DNA from: Octopus sinensis
Taxonomy: Eukaryota
Direction of reading: 5' to 3'
DNA: 64,000 bases
NCBI RefSeq assembly: GCF_006345805.1
Contig: NC_043003.1
Location: forward strand, 37,386,001 to 37,450,000
The translations under genes and the position numbers were made by a program. The notes below the pieces were generated by a model. It did no database searches and was not told the DNA's origin. It was given only the letters and a program-made list of their open reading frames with translations. Below, piece by piece: positions 12,173-24,867 of this stretch. How positions within the stretch are numbered: the stretch's first letter is position 1; each line of letters opens with the position of its first letter.

Positions 12173-13039
12173 ACTCTCTGATTCCGGCCAGGAATATTAC
12201 GAGCATCAAGTTGTATTAATAAAAACAAAACAAAAAATAAAGTTTTTACTAGTTTCTTTTTTTGTTTTTTGTTTTTCAAGTATTTACAATTAGCTATATT
12301 TATATGTACCTCTATTGTAACTCATGTGTTCACGCCTAAACTTAGCGATGTGTCTGGCCGTTTGCTATATCAATTCGAATAGATTACGTATCATCCCAGC
12401 CTACCACCATCTACCGTTCATCCACTGCTCATTAACCGGCTTTTAATCGCGTTACTCGACTTCACCGTATTGTTTTTTGTCCAAACATATACCATAATAC
12501 TGCCATACTACCAACGCTTGCATCACAAAAATCAAGGAAATCTATTGCTCCCACCATATCAACAACCTATCACACACCCCTAGTAGTTTTGTAGTCCTTC
12601 AGTCCCACCTAATCCCTAGCTCCATCTATTTACAATCAACATCAACTGTATTCCTATTTCTTATAAACATAGTTTGAAGGTAGCTTGACGATCACAAAAT
12701 AGTCACTTGATGTGAAGAATTGTAAGATGAAACTATACCAGTCACTGGACTATATTGATCTTTCTAATTCTTCAAATATAAATGTGTGTGTGTATCTGTT
12801 TTTATTGTCCTTGTTTGTGTGTGTATGTGTGTATGTGTGTATGTACATGTGGGTTTGTGAGTGTGTGTGTGTGTGTACGTGTGTGTGCATGTACTCACGT
12901 CTGCGTTTAAGAATATCGAGCTACGTACCTGTATTCTCTAAATTCCAATATTACCAATATCCTTGTCTCTCATCTCTGTCAAGTCATAAATAACAAGTAT
13001 TTGTATTACTGTTATGTGTATTTACTAGAGCCTTCTCAA

Positions 13040-13260
13040 ATACGATATTCTTAATGAGGCCTTACGTGGTCGCTCGTCCTGCTAGAAATAGCAACCAAAT
13101 TTTTTTTCTCAAATCTTACACGCAATCTTAAAAAGAAAAGATGGGTGGTTAATACATTAGACAACACAGCCCTACATACATTAACTAAAATATTGAAGGG
13201 AAGTCCAAGGCAGGAATGCTTTTGATAAATAGCCCTGTTTTTTACGTTCACACCTCGAGT
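13040..13260 (+). mobile_element. Interspersed repeat family E fragment
   Basis: GAAATAGCA.C.AAAT motif shared with 13475-13570 and, on the minus strand, about 20340-20520. Confidence 0.45.
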
Positions 13261-13859
13261 TGATCATCAAACATTTAGCAATTCAAACGTGACATTAGTC
13301 CAAGTACTAAGTGCAAAAAAAAGCAACAAAATATAAGATTTAACAAAATGGCGACCTGACAAAACAGAATAGCCATTAAGCTGCAATACATGTCATCCGA
13401 CATAGAAGTACTAGTAAAGAACAACAACAAAAAACACGCAGCAATAATAACTTCTTTTTTATCTTATCTTAGGGAGCTATGACAGAACTCTGTATGGTCG
13501 CACGATCTGATAGAAATAGCAGTAAAATCTCCCTCAAATTACAACCAACCGTTTTAAATAAGGAAGATTTCACTGGGTTATCGAGTACTGGATGGGACGC
13601 CTTTACTAATACGTCTGTTGAATGAGAGATAGCCTGGGATAAACAACATGAACAACAAGAAAATGGTGGCATGAAACTGGAAATCAACAAAACAGCAGAG
13701 TTGGAGAGTAACAACACAATGGTAACATTGCGACGAAGCTGCTAAAATATCAAGAGAATATAAAGCAACGAAATATTACTGATGAAAATTACCACACAAT
13801 AGCAACAAAATATATGCCTGAAATTACGCTATATAAAAAATAATGGTGAAAATAACAAC

Positions 13860-14866
13860 GTATTAGCAACATAACATAAACTACAATGAATTATCAACAT
13901 AGAAACAGACTAGCAACAAAATAGTATCTTGGCAACTATATGACGATAGGACAAAGTTGCTGAGCAATAACCATAGCAACGCAATAAGAATGTAACGACA
14001 AAATACCTTGCGAAATATCAACTTAACAGGGGAAGTTCAGTACCTATGCGAACGTCAACAACAAAAAGGACAATGAATTAGCAACATAACATAATATAAT
14101 GAATTATCAACATAGAAACAGACTAGCAACACAATAGTATCTTGGAAACTATATGACGATTAGGACAAAGTTGCTAAGCAATAACCATAGCAACGCAATA
14201 AGTAATGTAACGCACAATACCTACCTTGCGAAATATCAACTAACAAGGAAGTACCTAAGCGACGTCAACAAAAAGGACCGCGAATTAGCAACATAACATA
14301 AACTATAATGAATTATCAACATAGAAACAGACTAGCAACAAAATAGTATCTTGGAAACTATATGACGATAGGACAAAGTTGCTAAGCAATAACCATAGCA
14401 ACGCAATAAGAATGTAACGACAAAATACCTTGCGAAATATCAACTTAACAAGGAAGTACCTAAGCGACGTCAACAACAAAAAGGACAATGAATTAGCAAC
14501 ATAACATAAACTATAATGAATTATCAACATAGAAACAGACTAGCAACAAAATAGTATCTTGGCAACTATATGACGATAGGACAAAGTTGCTAAGCAATAA
14601 CCATAGCAACGCAATAAGAATGTAACGACAAAATACCTTGCGAAATATCAACTTAACAAGGAAGTACCTAAGCGACGTCAACAACAAAAAGGACAATGAT
14701 TAAACATAACATAATAACTATAATGATTATCAACATAGAAACAGACTAGCAACAAAATAGTATCTTGGCCAACTATATGACGATAGGACAAAGTTGCTAA
14801 GCATAACCATAGCAACGCAATAAGAATGTAACGACAAAATACCTTGCGAAATATCACTTAACAAGA
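13860..14866. repeat. 208-bp tandem satellite, about 5 copies, running into the gap
   Basis: GAATTAGCAACATAAC recurs at 14075, 14282 and 14490. Confidence 0.95.
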
Positions 14867-14966
14867 NNNNNNNNNNNNNNNNNNNNNNNNNNNNNNNNNN
14901 NNNNNNNNNNNNNNNNNNNNNNNNNNNNNNNNNNNNNNNNNNNNNNNNNNNNNNNNNNNNNNNNNN
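14867..14966. other. Assembly gap (100 N)
   Basis: Run of N. Confidence 1.
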
Positions 14967-16096
14967 CTTCAGTTTGTGCAGTAGTGGTTCGAGTGTCAAT
15001 ACATACAAGAGAGACGAGAGGAGGCAGCCTTGCCAGACCGAGCGCATGATGTTGAACGACTCTGAGAGATGACCGTTCACTCTGACAACTGAACAGATGT
15101 CACTGTGCTATGCAGTGATCCAGCCCCGGAATACAGGCACAAAACCAGCTGCCTTGAGGACCGCCGCCAAGTATAGATGGTCGACTCTATCGAAAGCTTT
15201 AGACTGATCTAAATTGATCAGCCTAAACCCGTGCCAGGTTCTTTAGCCACTTTCTCAATGATGTATCGCATGAGGTGGAGATTGTCGTGGATGGATCATT
15301 TCGGAATGGTGCAAGTCTGTCTCTCCCCTATTAAATCCCCGACGGCAAGCACCAAACTCGTTGCTAACACTTTGGCCAAAATTTTGAACTCTACATTCAG
15401 CAGAGTTATGGGCCTAAAGTTTTCATTACAATCCCCCTTGTTCGGAACTTTTCTCAGCAACACCACTGCTCCTCGGTTCACAAAACTGGGATTTCTCCTA
15501 TTCTGTTGCCAGTTGCAGTAAGCGTTTGCTAAGAGGTCGCCGAACAAGTCTGGCGTGTAAGCGTAAAGCTTGTAGGACAGACCACCCAAACCAGGCGAGT
15601 TACCCCTTGTGCAGCTAGCCATTGCTTTTCGTATTTCAGAGGTTATTATCGGCCTTTCGCAGCACTCCGCCTCCGTCGCTGAGAGGCGGGGCAGCCCGTC
15701 GAAATAGCACGTGAAATCCATCCTGTGACCCGGTTCATCGCTGCTCTAGAACAGTTGAGTGCGAAACGCCGTTGAAAGGCCACACGCATCTGCCTCGGAT
15801 CAGTTATCATTTGCTCGTCGTGGTCCAGCAAGGATCGGATCGTTGATGCATTACCACGCTGTGCTTCTGCCACTCGAAGTGCTCATCCCTTAACTCTGAC
15901 AACGCAACCTTCGTGTTTCGCGTTGAAGAATTGGTCGAGAGAGGCCTTCTCTAAGAGCCTCGTCTAACTTCTTGATTTGTTCGGCCTCTACTCTGTTTCT
16001 CTCTACTGCTAGTCCTTTGCTTAGATTTATTGATTCTATTCTAATCGCCCTTTTTAGGGCGAACCACCATTTATCGTTGATTATTGCCCCCGTCAA
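14967..16096 (-). mobile_element. Tx1/L1-clade LINE ORF2 fragment (linker plus RT), pseudogenised
   Basis: WWFALKRAIR; SPGLGGLSYKLY; NFRPITLLNVEFKILAKVLA; RSVWQGCLLSSLLYVLTLEPLL; stops and frameshifts. Confidence 0.9.
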
Positions 16097-16249
16097 CTAG
16101 TTTACTAATCCATAGTATCTAATTAGTTTAAATCTACACAAATGCATAAAAATAATATTTAATTCCTTTAGACATTCTGAAATGCAATTAAATTTCATTC
16201 AATTTAAAAAAAAGGTAAAATTGGACAGAACTTACGGAATGACCTGATA

Positions 16250-16445
16250 ATAATAATAGTTACAAATTTTGCCACAGGGACAGCAGTTTTGGAGAAGGGA
16301 TGAGTCGATTACATCGACCCCAGTGTTCAACTGGTCCTTATTTTATCGACTCCGAAAAGATGAAAGGCAAAGTCGACCTCGGCGGAATTTGAACTCATAA
16401 GCATTCCATCCTACGTGCTAACAATTCTGCCAGCTCACCGCCTTA
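16250..16445 (-). mobile_element. SINE family B (short-tail subtype)
   Basis: Family B body with (TAA)n at the tail side. Confidence 0.88.
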
Positions 16446-16454
16446 ATAATAATA

Positions 16455-19355
16455 ATTCTACATGTTGGCAATACTATCATATTAGCAATAGATTTGATCA
16501 AATTTGAAAGATCTTCAAGTAATTTTGTTTTGTCGACAGTGTTTGATTCAAACAGGTTATTCACTTCCTGAACATGTTTTAAAATTGGATGCAAAAATAA
16601 ACGATAAAGTTAATTCCTAGAATCACAAAACATTTCAAGTAATATTTCGTTTTGGGATTTGGTTTACAAGATTCTTTATGTGAGTTCATGTGTTGAAGCA
16701 TATTCTGTTGTATCTGGGGAGAGTCATTTTGTTTTTGTGCCTTATAATTTAACACACTCACCGGTAAAATTTCCATTTATTTCTTATTTTTATTTTCCTA
16801 AAATGTTCGTTGCGTCTTGCAACCTTTTCAAATACAATGTCAGATTTCGACGCCAGGACACCGGAAAACACCACCAACAACAACAAATACATCTCTGGAA
16901 TATATGGTGCAGTACAGCTAGATACAGATGAAATGCATGCTTTAGAGTTACCACCAAAATTCGCTACATATAAAAAGGTCAGAAAAATTGATTGTCTGTC
17001 TGAAATTGAAAAAAACGTTCTTAAAATTAAGATGGAGGTTAGGACAATACAACAACAACAACGCAAACATACGAAACCAAAACAACAACAACAATAACAA
17101 TAGCGGTGTTGATGACAACAACAATAGTGGCAATAACAACAACATCAACAATGACAATACAACATTCCTCACTCAAACAACTATAACAACTACACAAGCG
17201 TACGAAACAGAAATAACTATTATAACAACAACAGAAGAGAGTCAAGACTATTGAAAAGGTTGCAATACGCAACGGAAATTTTAGGAAAATAAAACTAAGA
17301 AATAAATGGAAATTTTACCGGTGAGTTAAATTATAAGCCACAAAAAGAAGATGACTCTCCCCAGAATTCCATGTAATATTTGTGCTGTAAAGCATTTTTC
17401 TTTAGTGGTCGTAGTTTGGAAGTGAGTTTGCAATTCAAACCATTGGCTTAAAATTCTATTTACCGCTGGTTCTATTGACAGCCACCTAGTTGTACAAGAA
17501 TTCATGATCTTCAAAGGCTCTTTATCATTGATAGCAAGGTAAAGTTGTTTGCAGGCACTTTGACTTGTTGAAGAATGAGAGGACTATTTATAGGTTTCGG
17601 ATACTAAAAATTCTAAATTTATGGGCAAGCATTCAGCACAAGTGTGGGATACTGCCAACTGTAAAGAATGACATACACATCTAAATAGAAGTAATGATGG
17701 AACTTCTTTTAAAATCTAGAAAACACCACCATTGACTCCTATCATTACTCTAACATTGTCGGTTCCTATATTCAGTAAATTTCTTGTATCTAATTTCTTT
17801 TTCACTAATTCAATTTTTAGGGCATCAACAATGCCATCTGCATCACATGTTTCTAAAGATACCATACTGAGATATGTATGTACCACTTTTTTGTGAGTGT
17901 CACTATAATATACGATAACAATTCCTGACAACTTGTTTATCGATATATCATTGGATTCATCTAATAACAGGCTAAATTTTCTATCTCCTATATCAGAAAT
18001 CAAATCTCCATCAAAATATGGAGCTAGAACATTTTTCACAATTTTTACACATTTTGTACGATGCAACTTCACTTTAGATATGATATCACCATCAGACATA
18101 TAATTCTTACATAACTCTATTAAGTGATCACAGCTATTAAATGATGAGTGGCAACAAATAAACATTGCTAAATTTGTTTCAAGCATAGATATCTTATCAT
18201 TTTTGGTTTTAATAAAATTGGTAAGAGGAATCATTTGCTGTGGAGTTGGTGCCTTATGATTCTTTGCTTCACAGTGGCTTACTAAAAGAGAATATTTTGC
18301 CAACACATTACATCTACAATATTTGCAATGTGCTTTAGATTGGTCACTAGGTACTTCGCTTTAACCACTTAGTAAACGCTGGCATCTTAAACCATTCCTT
18401 TCAGATTTTTTGCTGGTACAACTTTATTTTTTCTTTGCTCATTATAATGCAGAGGGAAGCCAGAAAATAAATTGAATGATTAATAAAAATATAAAATTGA
18501 AAACACAACTTATCAGTTTGCTGCTAACAATTCTTTCAGTCGTCATTAACAATTCTTATGTTTGCTGCTTACAAATTCTTGAGGAGAAGAATACTGATTC
18601 AGGATGCAGGGTGGCCAACTTATAAATGGAAAAGTAAAATCTACAGAAATCCTAAAACTGTGTTCTGGGAACATCATATTTCGCTTCCAATCTTACATTT
18701 AATATTTATTGGCAAAACCACAAATATAACTACAGTACTTGAATGAAAAAAAGTAAGTAGAAATATAAAGGGGGAGACCCCGCCACACCCGTACTTCTAT
18801 ACAAGATTTTTATCCAAAAGAAGCATGAAAAACCACAGGCTTATTTCAAAACAGTCAAAGTGAAAGTAAATCAGTCAACCTGTCATGATAAAAACTTATC
18901 ACTACAGAATAAAACATTGTTAGGACGAATTTCCATGCTTTCATTTTTTTTTAACATATTTACATTATTGAGCAGTAAGTTCAGGTGCTGGCATGAATTA
19001 TCTTCTCCCTCTCCCCCAACGAGCACTACTCTGTATCCAAGCCGGTGGGGAAGGGGCTGGAAAAGTTCATAACTTTATAAACTTCCTTTTGATAAACTTC
19101 CATTTGAAGTTTCAAGAAAGTGAAAGAAAAATTCAACAATAGCCGATAGTACTAAAATTTGGCTGTAAGATACATTAAGGAAAGTAGAAAAGGAGGAAAA
19201 AGAAGAAAAATAAGGGTAACTATTGTGGAAATGTCATGATCAGAGAAAAATGCTAAAAAAAATGCCAAATAAAATGTTAAACCTGCTATTTTCCCTGCTA
19301 AATGCTGACAAAAAGTGCTAGATCTAGCATAAAATATGCTAAATTTGCAACCCTG
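16455..19355 (-). mobile_element. hAT DNA transposon with BED-finger transposase, decayed and interrupted
   Basis: End CAGGGTTGCAAAT at 19355; AHCKYCRCNVLAKYSLLVSHCEAKNH; FSLLLDESND; IGTDN; CVCHSLQL; TRWLS; frame resumes as LFLHPILKHVQEVNNLFES at 16620-16455. Confidence 0.88.
16648..17365 (+). mobile_element. Penelope-like derivative with inverted arms inserted in the hAT transposase
   Basis: Inverted arms 16713-16831 and 17251-17365; ORF piece LDTDEMHALELPPKFATYKKVRKIDCLSEIEK resembles PLE N-termini; 16-bp duplication at 16632-16647 and 17366-17381. Confidence 0.65.
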
Positions 19356-19356
19356 T

Positions 19357-19548
19357 GTACAAGGCTTCAATTTTGGGTCGGGGTGGGGGCAGTAGGTTAC
19401 ATCGATCCCAGAGGTACTTCATTTTATTGATCCCAAATGGATGAAAGCTAAAGTCGACCTCGGCAAGATTTGAGCTCAGAACTTAAAGACGGACGAAATT
19501 ACGCTAAGCATTTTGTCTGGTGTGTTGACGGTTCTGCCAGGTTGCCGC
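19357..19548 (-). mobile_element. SINE family B (short-tail subtype)
   Basis: Family B motifs AAAGTCGACCTCGGC...TTTGAGCTCAGAAC...CTAAGCATTT. Confidence 0.85.
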
Positions 19549-19805
19549 CTGAAGAAGAACAAGAAGAAGAAGAAGCAGAAGAAGAAGAAGAAGAAGAAGA
19601 AGAAGAAGAAGAAGAAGAGGAGAGAGGAGGAGGAGGAAGAAGGAGGAGGAGGAGAGGAGAGAGGAGGAGGAGGAGGAGGAGGAGGAGGAGGAGAGGAGAA
19701 GAAGAAGAGAAAAGAAAGAAGAAGAAGAAGAAGAAGAAGAAGAAGAGGAGAGGGGAGGAGGAGGAGAGAAGAAGAAGAGAAGAAAGAAGAGAAGAAGAAG
19801 AGAAG
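19549..19805. repeat. Polypurine (GAA)n/(GGA)n tract
   Basis: Visible units; pure purine strand. Confidence 0.95.
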
Positions 19806-19952
19806 ATTGTGCATCCTCTTATATTTCTCCACTAACTTCATTTACATCACCCTTATTTATTATTCATCTTAATCATTAGAATCTGAATTATGTTATGTGC
19901 GTGTATTTGTCTGTGTTTACTTGTATATATATATATATATATATATATACAC

Positions 19953-20285
19953 TATGCCTTTCTTTTGCTGGGCTCGAATCTCATTTGCGGACCCATGTAA
20001 AACGAACCCCCACCAACTATTCTGCCCATATATTTCTGTACGCACCTTTCAATGCCGTGTGTGCCATAAGGTCCGCAAATCTAACGGAAGCCTCAAATGA
20101 CATTTTAAGATCCACAAAGATTAGAACTTAACTGCAGCTCATGGTGGTCCAAATCGGATGTGCAATCGATGTGGGTATCTTTTCAATACATTGTCTGGTT
20201 TAAAACGCCACATCAGATGCCATGATGGATCTAAAATGTAAGTACAAAAGGTAGTCAGACTCTGCATGAGGAGTAGACAACCACT
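19953..20285 (+). mobile_element. Decayed triple C2H2 zinc-finger segment, probable 3' end of an RTE-type LINE
   Basis: LSFAGLESHLRTH; FQCRVCHKVRKSNGSLK*HFKIH; MCNRCGYLFNTLSGLKRHIRCH; no TGEKP linkers; stops and a frameshift. Confidence 0.6.
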
Positions 20286-21880
20286 GTATATGCACTATGT
20301 CTAACCTCAGATTGGCTTGCATACTTCAGACCTTTGGTCTTAACCGTTCTAGCATAACTTTGCCGCATTATTCTCTGATGTGGTTTGTCTAGGACGACAT
20401 AATTCAATGTGTCCTTCCTAAAGTGCAGTTCGAGGGAGATTTTGCTACTATTTCCAATAGATCGAGGAATCATGTGGAGGCTCCCTCGTTAACTCGACTG
20501 TAGATTTGTAGGTTCTGGTGTGTAGATGGAGAGATGTTATTTGAGGAATATTTTGTTGTTATTTCTGACAGATAGAACGACTACGTAGATGCCCTCAAAC
20601 ACGTTCATTTCACGAAAAAGTTAATATTAGTTTGATCCATAATTATGTTGTGTCATTACAGCATCTGCCGATTCTGTGTAGGGGTTTTATTTAAGCAAAG
20701 AATATCCTGGAACGGTTTTTCATTTCCAGATTTCAACTCAATCCCCAAGCCTACGTCATTCGTAAAATTGTAATGCTGCTTCTACTTGTAGCGGTAAATT
20801 AGAACACCCTGTGTACATACCAAACTACAGCTATAGTAACTTGAGTATTGAGTTTTTATGTGTCTTCACCATAGACACATTGAAGTGTCGGAGACACGAT
20901 ACGAACTGCTGACTTCTCAACATGTTGCCCAATACTTTATCCACACCACCGTCCATCGTAGCATTCCGAACTGACAAATAACATTCACTTACTCCACTTC
21001 CGTCTCTCCACCTCATTCTAACACCGAATTGTTTCGTGGCAGTCAAGTGACGTTTCCTTCTCAAATTGACACCGAGGTACAAGAAGTGTTGAAATTCGAT
21101 TCCCACCTTGGTATCTAACCAAATGTGATGCAACGAAGATCTCAAATTGTACCTTCACCTTAAATTGCTACAAAACAGACGTGAATATTATTAAAACCTC
21201 GTGTAAAAGCCTTCCTTCTCTAGAGTTATTCTTTCAATTCATTTTCGTGCGTTAGTGACTTAAACTATGTCTCTTTGACAGTTGTGTAATAATAACATTG
21301 GAGTCCAATTGTGTTAATAGGTGGGTGTTGATGTCGCAAATGTCACACGCCATGACCGGTGATAGTTCTTCTTCGTAAACAGCTATAAAAGGTACACAGA
21401 CTCTACCAATCTTTCTCTCTCTCTCTCTCTCTCTATCTCTATCTCTATACCTCCTTAACTGTCGCTTTCTTTGCATTCCTCACTCCTTCTCTCTCTAAGT
21501 CTTTGTCTATCTACTTGTCTATTTATATGTCTCTTACCACTGTATCAATTTGTTGAGGGTTTCTGTGTTATGGTTTTGTTTATATATATATATAAGCGTT
21601 TTCATGTATGCAAACAAGTATATTTGTATGACCGAATTTGTGTTATTATTAACTGCGTATTTGTACGTAAACAAGTGTGTCTGTTTACTTGTGTGTGATG
21701 GGAGTGTGCTTATTTGTGTGTGTGTGTGTGTGGTGTGTGTGTGTGTGTGTGTGTCTGTGTGTCTGTGTGTGTGTTCTTATAGATAAAGAACTATGTTAAG
21801 GGAGTATATTTGTATTGGGGTTGTGAGCGTGTCTTGAGTTCAAACGTATGAGAACATTTTTACAATGCGTATATTGTATA

Positions 21881-21884
<4 letters not shown>

Positions 21885-21937
<53 letters not shown>

Positions 21938-22151
21938 TATATATGATCATATACATGTATTTATGTATGAGAACATTTTACACAATGAGTGTATTTGTAT
22001 GTATATATATATATATGCATATATATGCATATATATATATATACATACTCACACACACATACATATATATGCATGCAGATATACATGTATATATGTGCGT
22101 ATGTATGTATGTGTGTGTACGTGGTCTGTGTAAGTATGTAGATAGACAGAC

Positions 22152-22248
<97 letters not shown>

Positions 22249-22250
22249 TA
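21885..22250. repeat. (TA)n and (GATA)n microsatellites
   Basis: Visible units. Confidence 0.9.
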
Positions 22251-22392
22251 GATCAGTAACTTCACTTTTCTCACGGTTATTTAAACATGTCAGTGTAAAC
22301 ATGTGTGTTTACAGCTATAAAACTTTTGATTGAAAACAAATAAAATATTTAAATGACACATAACACAGAATATAAGAGTTAGACAGGATTGT

Positions 22393-22427
<35 letters not shown>

Positions 22428-22913
22428 TTATAGCAAGATGTATATAATTACTTGTGTGTGTGTGAGTGTGTTTGTGTGTGTGTGTGTATTCTTAGCTAGG
22501 TGTCAATATATGTATATAAGTATTTCTCGGTTTTATTACGTTACAGTCAATACAAAAAGAAATTCAGTGTTTGAAACAAGATATTTTTATTTGGTATTTG
22601 CAGAATCGTTATCAGAGATTACCGTAACACTTGTTGTTTGGTGATGGAAACTGTTGAAGAAATAATTTTCATGTGGTATAATCCTAAGGAAGAATGATGG
22701 TTTTTTTTGTTGGCTTTTTTTTTCTTTTCTTTTTACATTGGCTTCTTAGGTTTCTTTGGCAGATTGGAACTCTCAACATTGCAAGCAAAAGAAATGTTAG
22801 ATGAAACTGAACAATGACCTAGTGTGAATTGAATATACTGCACAAATCAGAATATACCTATATTGTTCGTGAGTTTTATACGTGCATTTGTATGTGCACG
22901 TATGGTTATGCTT

Positions 22914-23308
22914 CCTATTTCTTTACTCCCCACAAGGGGCTACACACAGAGGGGACAAACAAGGACAGACAAACGGATTAAGTCGATTTTATCGACCCTA
23001 GTGCGTAAGTGGTACTTAATTTATCGACCCCGAAAGGATGAAAGGCAAAGTCGACCTCGGGGGAATTTGAACTCAGAACGTAACGGCAGACGAAATATCT
23101 ATTTCTTTACTGCCCACAAGGAGCTACACACATAGGGGACAAGCAAGGACAGGCAAACTGATTAAGTCGAATACATCGACCCCAGTGCGTAACTGGTACT
23201 TAATTTATCGACCCCGAAAGGATGAAAGGCAAAGTCGACGTAACGGCAGACAAAATACGGCTACACATTTCGCCCGGTGTGCTAACGTTTCTGCCAGCTT
23301 GCCGCCTT
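22914..23308 (-). mobile_element. SINE family B (long-tail subtype) dimer: one head plus two body-tail units
   Basis: CTATTTCTTTACT recurs at 22915 and 23099 (184 bp period); head at 23260-23308. Confidence 0.9.
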
Positions 23309-23377
23309 CCGTGTGGTTGTATGTGATGTGTATGTATGTGGGGATGGTGTGTGGATATTAGGAAATCTATAATATAA

Positions 23378-24189
23378 TCTCTCTATATATAAACGGCAGT
23401 TTGTCTGTCTGTGTGTCTGTGTGTCTGTGTGTCTGTCAGGTTGTACCCTCACCCTGACCACGGCTTTCAACTGATTCTGATGAAACTTGACACACAAATA
23501 GCCCAATGTCATAATGCAAAACTAACGCAGCGAAAATTTTGAAAAGTTCCCCCAGTTCTGAAAAAAAATCGATAAATTCGATATGGGTCGAGAATCTAAG
23601 CTTTTTATATGCAACACATTTTCTACAGACTGTCTAGGGGGTGCAACTCGACCTTTTTAACTCTCGGAACACGTGGGGTAAGTATCCCAAAATGTATAAA
23701 AATATACAAAAACGGCAAAAAAGCGGGCAGCAATGTGAGTGACAACAACGAAAAAGTCAAAAGTGACCAAACTGAACAAACGAATGGAAAAGGTTTTTTG
23801 GTGCACACGACAAAAGCGGTTATAATAAACCAAGAGTTTGCAAGTAGCGTCCGAGGACCCTTAGGGTACGTCAAAAATTTAAGGTAAAACGTTTGGGGTG
23901 GTGTTATAAAGGAGTGTAAACAAAAAAAGTATTCGAATAACTTGCGGCTGCAGCAGCTATTAGCAGAAGTGGTGGTGTTGGGGGTAAAGTCTCGAATGTA
24001 ATTTCTTCCTGGTAGGAATTGGTTAGGTTGAATTATCGATAGCTGTTTGATAGTTATTTGGGAGTGAAGAGAAGACATTGCAACCTACACATGCGCCTTC
24101 GTTCCCTAGAGGGAAAGGACTAGATTGGGATTAGTCGTTGCCTACTAGGGGCTCTTACATACCCGGGCAACGCCGGGCTATGCTGCTAG
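23378..24189 (+). mobile_element. Non-autonomous Helitron
   Basis: 5' A|TC start, subterminal hairpin CCCGG-GCAACG-CCGGG (24162-24177), 3' CTAG|T end, (GTCT)n near the 5' end. Confidence 0.85.
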
Positions 24190-24699
24190 TTATTATATAA
24201 ACGGTAACAGCAATTGTTTTAATATGGAGAGTAGGCAGTCTCTATTAACTTTTAGAGGGCGTCTAAAAGTGATTGGAAGAAGAAAGGAAGTTATATTCAA
24301 ACCGGAAATCTTGCCTGTATGCATCCGATAGAAAAGATTCTGCTAAGAGTATTTCCCAACAAAGTAGTTTCATAGGAATGAGAATATAACAAAACTTCTC
24401 AACCAGAGTCAAAGTTAGGACCAACATTTTAATTAAGAGTTAGTCTCAATCCTTAGGAACTTGAACTATCTGATAGCATTATGGGATATAACCGCATGCG
24501 CTTTATAACGTTTTATTGATAATCGAAAAGGTAAACAGGTCTAAATATATCATCTTGAATCTCTTTAGTAAATTAATTAAGCATTACACCACACAAAATA
24601 TATAATCTACTTTATGTATATAAAGATAGTTTTGCTGTGGACATTTGATCTGAGTTAATGAAAACATGTGGTCAGCCATTTTATAATCACAATGGCGCT

Positions 24700-24867
24700 T
24701 GTGCCTAAAATTTCATTGTGGCTTTTAGGTTTTTAAAGTTCTTTTTTTTATTTTATCTTCTTATAAATTATAAAAATATAATGAACATCGAACAGCTATG
24801 AGGGTCCACCTGAATGCAATAAGACTCAAAGAAGTCCATAGATAGAAAAATAGTTGAGAACCACTAC
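24700..24867. mobile_element. hAT-like MITE right end
   Basis: GGGTCCACC...GTCCATAGATAGAAAAATAGTTGAGAACCACTAC, as in the 4804 and 42274 copies. Confidence 0.55.

Noticed and set aside
14730-15080. 116-aa ORF spanning the N gap
   Set aside because: Artefact joining Tx1 RT sequence to the satellite across unknown bases
18607-18620. CAGGGTGGCCAAC as a partner TIR to the hAT end at 19355
   Set aside because: No 8-bp TSD (TCAGGATG versus TGTACAAG), and the transposase lies outside the interval
19470-19872. Poly-E/K/R ORFs
   Set aside because: Translation of the (GAA)/(GGA) tract fused to a SINE
20831-21145. 104-aa minus-strand ORF with a faint RT-like look (FLYLGV)
   Set aside because: No consistent motif order in any frame by eye; needs tBLASTx
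22595-22820. Possible short exons after TTTGCAG and TTTGGCAG acceptors
   Set aside because: Peptides are short and unrecognisable with no convincing donor; needs RNA-seq
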